This document shows, piece after piece, positions 26,938 through 32,000 of a stretch of 32,000 bases of DNA (position 1 is its first letter; each line of letters starts with the position of its first letter). The DNA is from an uncultured Clostridia bacterium (GTDB taxonomy: Bacteria > Bacillota > Clostridia > Peptostreptococcales > Acidaminobacteraceae). The notes under the pieces were generated by a model, which was not told where the DNA came from, did no database searches, and saw nothing but the letters and a program-made list of their open reading frames with translations. The position numbers and the translations under genes are program-made. Location of the stretch: NCBI GenBank assembly GCA_927417275.1, contig CAKMJV010000007.1, positions 1 through 32,000 on the forward strand, written 5' to 3'.

Positions 26938-27957
26938 TTATCTTTTTTTATTCAACAACAACGATTCTAATTCTTCATCGGAATATGTTTTTTCTTTTTC
27001 TATGGTGTAGTTCTTACGCTTTTGCGTGGCTTTGGGTTGTGATTTTTCTGCACTTTGAGATGCGGTATAAGCATCATAGGTGGTTATGCCGCTTTTTTGA
27101 AGTGAAGTAAGCGCTTTGTCGATATAACTGAAATTAATGTTGAGCGTCCGTTTTGAGAAATCTTTGATAAAAGCATATAAATCATCGGGTTCAATTTGAT
27201 AAGGACCGACCCATTTGTCGATGGCATCTTTTTCCGCTTGGTTTACCATACGATAAGACAATCCGAGAAGCCGTAAGATTTCTTTATAGATCTGAAACTT
27301 GGACGATTGAGACTCGAGAAATTCCTCAACGGCGGCAATCGTCGTTAGGTTCTGATCGATCCAAGATAAGAGTATGGACTTAACGGCTTTTAAACTGCGC
27401 ATGCTTCTTTCTTGATAACAGTATACAAAAGCGCGCTTTAACCACTCGACATCTTTTGAGTAATTTTCGTAAAAGTCGCTGATTTCTCTGTATTCTGCAT
27501 AAGTTAGCGGGTGTCCGATAATTTTTTCTATGGACTGCGTCAATGTTTTAAAGCGTTCATTTTCTTCTTTAAATGGATTGTCTGTGGTACGCGTTTTAGA
27601 AGGTGTAGCAGCCACTTGATTTTTCTGGGTAAAGTTATTTTGGATGTACATGGTTCGAATGGATAAAAACTCTATATCGTATTCTGTGGCATCATCATGT
27701 GGGTGTTTGCGTACAAGTCCGACTTTTTCCCAGTAAATCCAGGCTTCATGTACATCTTGAAGTGGCAATGAGAGCATATTCGCCAGCGTTTTATTATCAT
27801 AGTGATATTTGGTGTTTTCTTCTTTTGAAAACATAAGGCCCAATAAATATACTTTCACATTTGTGCCGCTTGCTGAAGGCATAAAATCGGTTATAAACAT
27901 ATTTTCTATGTTGAGTTCTCCCAAATCAAAATCAGGCAACTTTTTAAAAAATCCCAT
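26938..27957 (-). CDS. Replication initiation / membrane attachment protein (B. subtilis DnaB type, DnaD-domain family; not the replicative helicase)
   Basis: It has an N-terminal wHTH (FITDFMPSASGTNVKVYLLGL...LSLPLQDVHEAWIYWEKVGLV). Two DnaB_2-like repeats follow: GHPLTYAEYREISDFYE...SILLSWIDQNLTT and LGLSYRMVNQAEKDAIDKW...YIDKALTSLQKSGITT. Confidence 0.8.
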   Translation of the reverse strand: MGFFKKLPDFDLGELNIENMFITDFMPSASGTNVKVYLLGLMFSKEENTKYHYDNKTLANMLSLPLQDVHEAWIYWEKVGLVRKHPHDDATEYDIEFLSIRTMYIQNNFTQKNQVAATPSKTRTTDNPFKEENERFKTLTQSIEKIIGHPLTYAEYREISDFYENYSKDVEWLKRAFVYCYQERSMRSLKAVKSILLSWIDQNLTTIAAVEEFLESQSSKFQIYKEILRLLGLSYRMVNQAEKDAIDKWVGPYQIEPDDLYAFIKDFSKRTLNINFSYIDKALTSLQKSGITTYDAYTASQSAEKSQPKATQKRKNYTIEKEKTYSDEELESLLLNKKR

Positions 27958-28179
27958 ATCAACACTCCAAAATTCTATAGTTTCATTTGTTCTTTTATTA
28001 TAGCATTTTTAATGCAACTGTTTCGCGTTATTTAAAGAGATAGGCATTTCGAACTATAAAAAGTGGTCATTAAATAAAAAAAATATGTCGTTAAGACACC
28101 ACATGTTGAAGAAATGTGGTTTGTTGTGCGTACATTTAGTGTTTTGGGACTCTGGAACGTGAAAAATAAAAATTTTTAA

Positions 28180-28208
28180 TTTATAATTGTTTATCATTGT
28201 GCTATAAT
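28180..28208 (+). promoter_or_regulatory. Putative promoter of the M23 peptidase gene
   Basis: An extended -10 TGCTATAAT (28200-28208) with a weak -35 TTTATA (28180-28185) at 17-nt spacing. Confidence 0.45.
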
Positions 28209-28273
28209 TAAGAAGGTATTTTACTAGAGAGATAGAGAACCATTAATAAGGCCAGTGTCTAAAGGAGTATAGG

Positions 28274-29881
28274 ATGGGGAAAAACAGAGGAAAATCGACT
28301 AGTAAACATGTCATTAAGCGGTCAAATACTAAATATTATATAAAGGGTCAAAAACACGTAGGTGATCAAGTCGCAAAACTCATCGCCATGGCTTTTTATC
28401 CGATTTATTATTTAGGATCCAAAATGACGCAGTTTGCTAAGTTTATGCGTTCAAATCTCAAGTCGGGATCTAAGGTAAAAGCTCATAAAACAGTTCGCAC
28501 AAATTATATAGAAAAAAACAAACTTGAGTCCTTAAAAGCAAGCATTTTGCAGTTCACAAATTTCATATTTGAAGCAACTAAAAAGCATAAGGTTGTGGTT
28601 TCAGGTTCAGTGGTTTTACTTGCTGTCGTCGTAATAGGCATGATGTCATTATCAAAAATGGGCGAGACAAATGAAGTTGCTGATCAAAAAGAAATGCCAA
28701 CACATGTTGTAAGTTTACCACCTGTTGAAGTTGCAACAGAAGTAGATGTTGTGTCATCTACAGAGGAAGTATCCATTAATAGCGTAGGCGAAGTAGCGGA
28801 TCAATCCGTTGAAATTCCTGCTTTTAAAGTTTTAAGTTTCGCATCAGTAAAGGCATATCAAGTCCTTGTTGATGGCAAAGTAATCGCTAATTTTCAATCT
28901 GAAAATGAGGCAAATCGCTTATTAGATGAGTTGAAAGCAATATATACCCAAGTTGAGGGATCCGAAATTAAGTCGGTTTCATTTTCTGAAGAGGTAAAAG
29001 TAGAGCTGGGTCAAGTAGACATTATGGATTTTACGGCTTATGATACCGTAGAAGCAACTTTAGACTTTATCGTTAAAGGCACTAAAGAAGAAAAGAAGCA
29101 CGTGGTTCAAAAGGGAGAAAATTACTGGGTAATCGCTCAATATTATGGCATTAGTCCATATGATTTAGAGACTGCAAATCCAGACATAAAACCTGAGAGC
29201 ATCCAAATTGGTCAGGAAATTAGTTTAGTGGTACCTACACCTATTATAAATGTTTTAACGGTTGAAGAAGCATCTTATACGGATCAAATTGCATTTGAAG
29301 TGTTATATGAAGAGTCTTCATCCTTATATAAAGGTGAATCTAAAACCAAAACAAATGGTGTTTATGGGCAGCGCGCTGTTGTTGCCGAAATCATCAAAGA
29401 AAACGGCAGAGAAGTTGGCCGTAAGATTTTAGATGAAAATATTACAGCTCAGCCACAAACGAAAGTTGTTTATAAAGGCACCAAAGATCCGCCGCCGAAA
29501 ATGGGTACTGGAAATTTGGTTCATCCGACATCTAGAGGTGTAGTAACTTCTGAATTTGGTTGGAGATGGGGCAGAAGACACACTGGGATTGATATTGGTT
29601 TAAATGTTGGCTCAAGTGTTAAAGCTGCTGATGGTGGTGTTGTTACTTTTGCAGGGTATTCAAGTTCATATGGTCGATACATTATAATCGATCATGGTGG
29701 CAATGTTACGACGTTATATGCACATAATAGTTCTTTACTGGTAAGTAAGGGTGACAAAGTATATCAAGGTCAATTGATTGCTTACAGTGGTAATACGGGG
29801 TATAGTACAGGACCTCACCTTCATTTTGAAGTACGATTGAATGGTGTTCCTCAAAATCCGAGACATTATGTTAATTTTTAA
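28274..29881 (+). CDS. Membrane-anchored LysM-G5-M23 peptidoglycan endopeptidase
   Basis: The parts, in order, are:
- a ~105-aa Lys-rich N-terminal tail
- a TM helix (VVVSGSVVLLAVVVIGMM)
- a LysM domain (HVVQKGENYWVIAQYYGISPYDLETANP...IGQEISL)
- a G5-like segment (ESKTKTNGVYGQRAVV...VVYKGTK)
- the M23 metal sites HTGIDIG and GPHLHFEV

The RBS is aaaggag. Confidence 0.85.
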   Translation: MGKNRGKSTSKHVIKRSNTKYYIKGQKHVGDQVAKLIAMAFYPIYYLGSKMTQFAKFMRSNLKSGSKVKAHKTVRTNYIEKNKLESLKASILQFTNFIFEATKKHKVVVSGSVVLLAVVVIGMMSLSKMGETNEVADQKEMPTHVVSLPPVEVATEVDVVSSTEEVSINSVGEVADQSVEIPAFKVLSFASVKAYQVLVDGKVIANFQSENEANRLLDELKAIYTQVEGSEIKSVSFSEEVKVELGQVDIMDFTAYDTVEATLDFIVKGTKEEKKHVVQKGENYWVIAQYYGISPYDLETANPDIKPESIQIGQEISLVVPTPIINVLTVEEASYTDQIAFEVLYEESSSLYKGESKTKTNGVYGQRAVVAEIIKENGREVGRKILDENITAQPQTKVVYKGTKDPPPKMGTGNLVHPTSRGVVTSEFGWRWGRRHTGIDIGLNVGSSVKAADGGVVTFAGYSSSYGRYIIIDHGGNVTTLYAHNSSLLVSKGDKVYQGQLIAYSGNTGYSTGPHLHFEVRLNGVPQNPRHYVNF

Positions 29882-29885
29882 TGAT

Positions 29886-29913
29886 AAAGCGAGTCTAAGA
29901 CTCGCTTTTTTTT
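29886..29913 (+). terminator. Intrinsic terminator after the M23 peptidase gene
   Basis: aaagcgagtc-taa-gactcgcttt followed by T8. Confidence 0.8.
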
Positions 29914-29971
29914 CATTTATCGGATAGAATAAAGTTAAATGTAAAACTTTTGTTAAGAGGAGGCAATACGC

Positions 29972-30667
29972 ATGAATAAGAAGATATTGATTGTCGACGA
30001 TGAAAAACCAATTTCGGATATTATTAAATTTAATCTTATAAAAGAGGGTTATGAAATTGACACGGCATTTGATGGGGAAGAAGCACTAAAAAAGGTCTAT
30101 CAATTTCAACCAGATTTGGTATTGCTAGATGTTATGTTGCCAAAACTAGATGGCTTTCAAGTTTGTAGACGTATAAGAGAGTCTTTTAATATGCCGATTA
30201 TCATGTTAACGGCTAAAGAAGAAGAAGTAGATAAGGTCTTAGGATTTGAACTTGGTGCAGATGACTATATAACAAAACCATTTGGCATGCGTGAACTCAT
30301 TGCGCGCGTTAAAGCGAATATTAGAAGACTTTCTCTCGTGGATGCGGATGGTACAAATGGCAACAACATCGTTTATGCTGGCAAACTTGTCATAGACTTA
30401 GATCGATTTGAAGTGACGAAAGAAGAGACCACCATCGAATTAACTTTGCGTGAGTTTGAACTCTTAAAATTTCTTGCAACGCAGGCCAATCAAATATTTA
30501 CGAGAGAACAGTTGCTTAAGGATGTTTGGGGCTATGAGTATTTTGGAGATATAAGAACAGTAGATGTAACGGTTAGAAGGCTTAGAGAAAAAATCGAGGA
30601 CGATTCCAGTGAGCCGACATATATCATGACAAAACGTGGTGTAGGTTATTATTTTAAACGCAGTTAG
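29972..30667 (+). CDS. walR: OmpR-family response regulator WalR (YycF)
   Basis: KKILIVDDEKPISDIIKFNL.KEGYE...DLVLLDVMLPKLDG...MPIIMLTAK...GADDYITKPF...ELIARVKANIRR aligns closely with B. subtilis WalR. It has a C-terminal wHTH (RTVDVTVRRLREKI). The RBS is aagaggagg. Confidence 0.9.
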   Translation: MNKKILIVDDEKPISDIIKFNLIKEGYEIDTAFDGEEALKKVYQFQPDLVLLDVMLPKLDGFQVCRRIRESFNMPIIMLTAKEEEVDKVLGFELGADDYITKPFGMRELIARVKANIRRLSLVDADGTNGNNIVYAGKLVIDLDRFEVTKEETTIELTLREFELLKFLATQANQIFTREQLLKDVWGYEYFGDIRTVDVTVRRLREKIEDDSSEPTYIMTKRGVGYYFKRS

Positions 30668-30676
30668 TGGAGGGTT

Positions 30677-32000
30677 ATGTTTAGAAGCATACGATCACGT
30701 TTTACAATTATATATTTTTTACTTGTATTTATAGCGATGATTATTTCTGGCGTTTTTATCATTCAATCCCTTGAAGAGTATAACCTCGATGTTGTTTCGC
30801 AGCGGTTAGATGATGTTTCTGAAATTATTTCTGTAGAACTTACTAAAATTGATGCGATTCAGTTACTTGATGTTCAACTTGAACTTCAAGAAACTTTAGA
30901 TCGTCATGTGAATATTGGACTTAGAGAAGAAATTTTTATTATCGATTCAGTAACACATGGAATCGTAGCGACCAGTACTGAGAACTTAGATCGTGATGTC
31001 TCCGAAATACTAAATGGCGGACTTGTGGTCGAAGGGCTTATCGGGCGTACGATGGGAAAAAACATCGCTCTGAGTAATGGCGTAAAGACCATGGATAAAG
31101 TATATCCAATTTTTAAAAATAACCAGCAGTTGGGCTTGGTTTATTTGCGATATGATCTAAATGATATCTATGCTTCCATTAGTAAAGCACGTATGATTAT
31201 ATTTAGAGCGATATTAATCTCATTATCAGCGACTGTGTTAATCGGTTTTGTCATATCTAAAAGCATAACAGATCCGATCAATGAAGTAACAAAGAAGGCG
31301 TCATTGCTTGCGGAAGGTGATTTTAATCAAATTGTTGAAATTCGTTCAAAAGATGAAATCGGTACGCTTTCCAGCACATTCAATTTTTTAGCGGGTGAAC
31401 TGAAAAGCAGTATCAGCGAAATTAGTCGTGAAAAGAGCAAACTTGAAGCCATTATTAATTATATGGAAGATGGATTAATCGCGATAAACGCTGAAGGTGA
31501 AATTATTCACTCGAATCCAAAGGCGATAAAGATGATTTCAGTTGAAAATAAAATTGATGATGATCTCATCGGTGACCTGTTATCGATCTATAATTCAGGT
31601 CGTCTTGATGGCGGCGTGGGTACAAAAAGCATCCGTGTTAAATCACTGGTTTTAAAAGTGAATTTTGCACCTTTTTTAGATGAGCATTCTAACAAAGTTG
31701 GTGTCGTATTTGTGCTTCAAGACATCACAGAGTCTGAAAAATTAGAAACGATGCGAAGAGAGTTTGTCGCCAATGTCTCTCACGAACTAAAAACACCCAT
31801 CACGAGTATCAAAAGTTATACAGAAACCATATTGGATGGACGAGTGGATGATCCTGAGATTCAAAAAGTTTTTTTAGAAGTGGTTAACACAGAAGCGGAT
31901 CGAATGTCTCGCTTGGTATCTGATTTATTAGAACTTAGTAATTTTGATTCCAACTCAGTTCGTTTGAAAAAATCATGGTGCGATGTAAAAAGTTTGATCA
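30677..32000 (+). CDS. walK: Sensor histidine kinase WalK (YycG), 5' part; continues beyond the window
   Basis: I translated this by hand because there is no stop in the window and it is absent from the ORF track. It reads MFRSIRSRFTIIYFLLVFIAMIISGVFII (TM1), a ~140-aa loop, then ILISLSATVLIGFVI (TM2). A HAMP domain (ITDPINEVTKKASLLAEGDF), a PAS-like region and the H-box (FVANVSHELKTPITSIKSY) follow. The RBS ggaggg lies 9 nt after the walR stop. Confidence 0.85.
   Translation, partial: MFRSIRSRFTIIYFLLVFIAMIISGVFIIQSLEEYNLDVVSQRLDDVSEIISVELTKIDAIQLLDVQLELQETLDRHVNIGLREEIFIIDSVTHGIVATSTENLDRDVSEILNGGLVVEGLIGRTMGKNIALSNGVKTMDKVYPIFKNNQQLGLVYLRYDLNDIYASISKARMIIFRAILISLSATVLIGFVISKSITDPINEVTKKASLLAEGDFNQIVEIRSKDEIGTLSSTFNFLAGELKSSISEISREKSKLEAIINYMEDGLIAINAEGEIIHSNPKAIKMISVENKIDDDLIGDLLSIYNSGRLDGGVGTKSIRVKSLVLKVNFAPFLDEHSNKVGVVFVLQDITESEKLETMRREFVANVSHELKTPITSIKSYTETILDGRVDDPEIQKVFLEVVNTEADRMSRLVSDLLELSNFDSNSVRLKKSWCDVKSLI

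Noticed and set aside
27809-28003. A 64-aa plus-strand ORF overlapping the 5' end of the DnaD-domain gene.
   Set aside because: It lies antisense to a motif-supported CDS and its promoter region, and has no RBS.
27958-28273. A WalR box, a c-di-AMP (ydaO-type) riboswitch or a small RNA in the long spacer upstream of the M23 peptidase. This includes the hairpin accacat / atgtggt at 28098-28120.
   Set aside because: There is no TGTWAH-N5-TGTWAH on either strand. The predicted leader is only ~60 nt and has none of the conserved ydaO elements. The hairpin is 7 bp, is followed by a poor U-tract and has no convincing promoter.

Overview
This is an AT-rich Firmicutes (Clostridia-like) chromosomal backbone, and almost all of it is housekeeping. 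The first ~10.5 kb reproduces the Bacillus subtilis neighbourhood yaaQ(darA)-holB-yaaT(ricT)-yabB-yabC(rsmI), then abrB on the opposite strand, then metS(metG)-yabD(tatD)-rnmV-ksgA(rsmA). A Met-specifier T-box leader sits in front of metG. Downstream, in order:
- a RimJ-like GNAT acetyltransferase
- an HD-GYP protein fused into an operon with tyrS
- a NatAB-like ABC exporter co-transcribed with two uncharacterised genes
- a membrane-anchored lytic transglycosylase
- a RecB-type nuclease / XPD-DinG-type helicase fusion behind a LexA (Cheo) box
- galU
- convergent pepV plus a Zn-phospholipase-C-like gene
- a Methyltransf_32-like methyltransferase
- purA
- a minus-strand dnaB(Bsu-type)-dnaI helicase-loader operon
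- a LysM-G5-M23 peptidase followed by walR-walK; walK runs off the right edge and I translated it by hand because it is not in the ORF track

I saw no rRNA, tRNA, CRISPR array, transposase, integrase or phage genes. I do not find a convincing novel multigene (for example defence) system. The best leads are:
1. A ~230-nt galU/pepV spacer built almost entirely of nested perfect hairpins, bounded by two 28-nt hairpin copies that differ only by a compensatory base-pair swap.
2. The SOS-box-preceded nuclease-helicase fusion.
3. An HD-GYP protein whose HD histidine is replaced by Phe and which is translationally adjacent to a T-box-less tyrS.
4. The ABC exporter operon carrying a winged-helix protein and a lipoprotein of unknown function.
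5. Two orphan genes inserted at the otherwise conserved abrB/metG junction.

All functional calls rest on motif recognition by eye; no database search was run.
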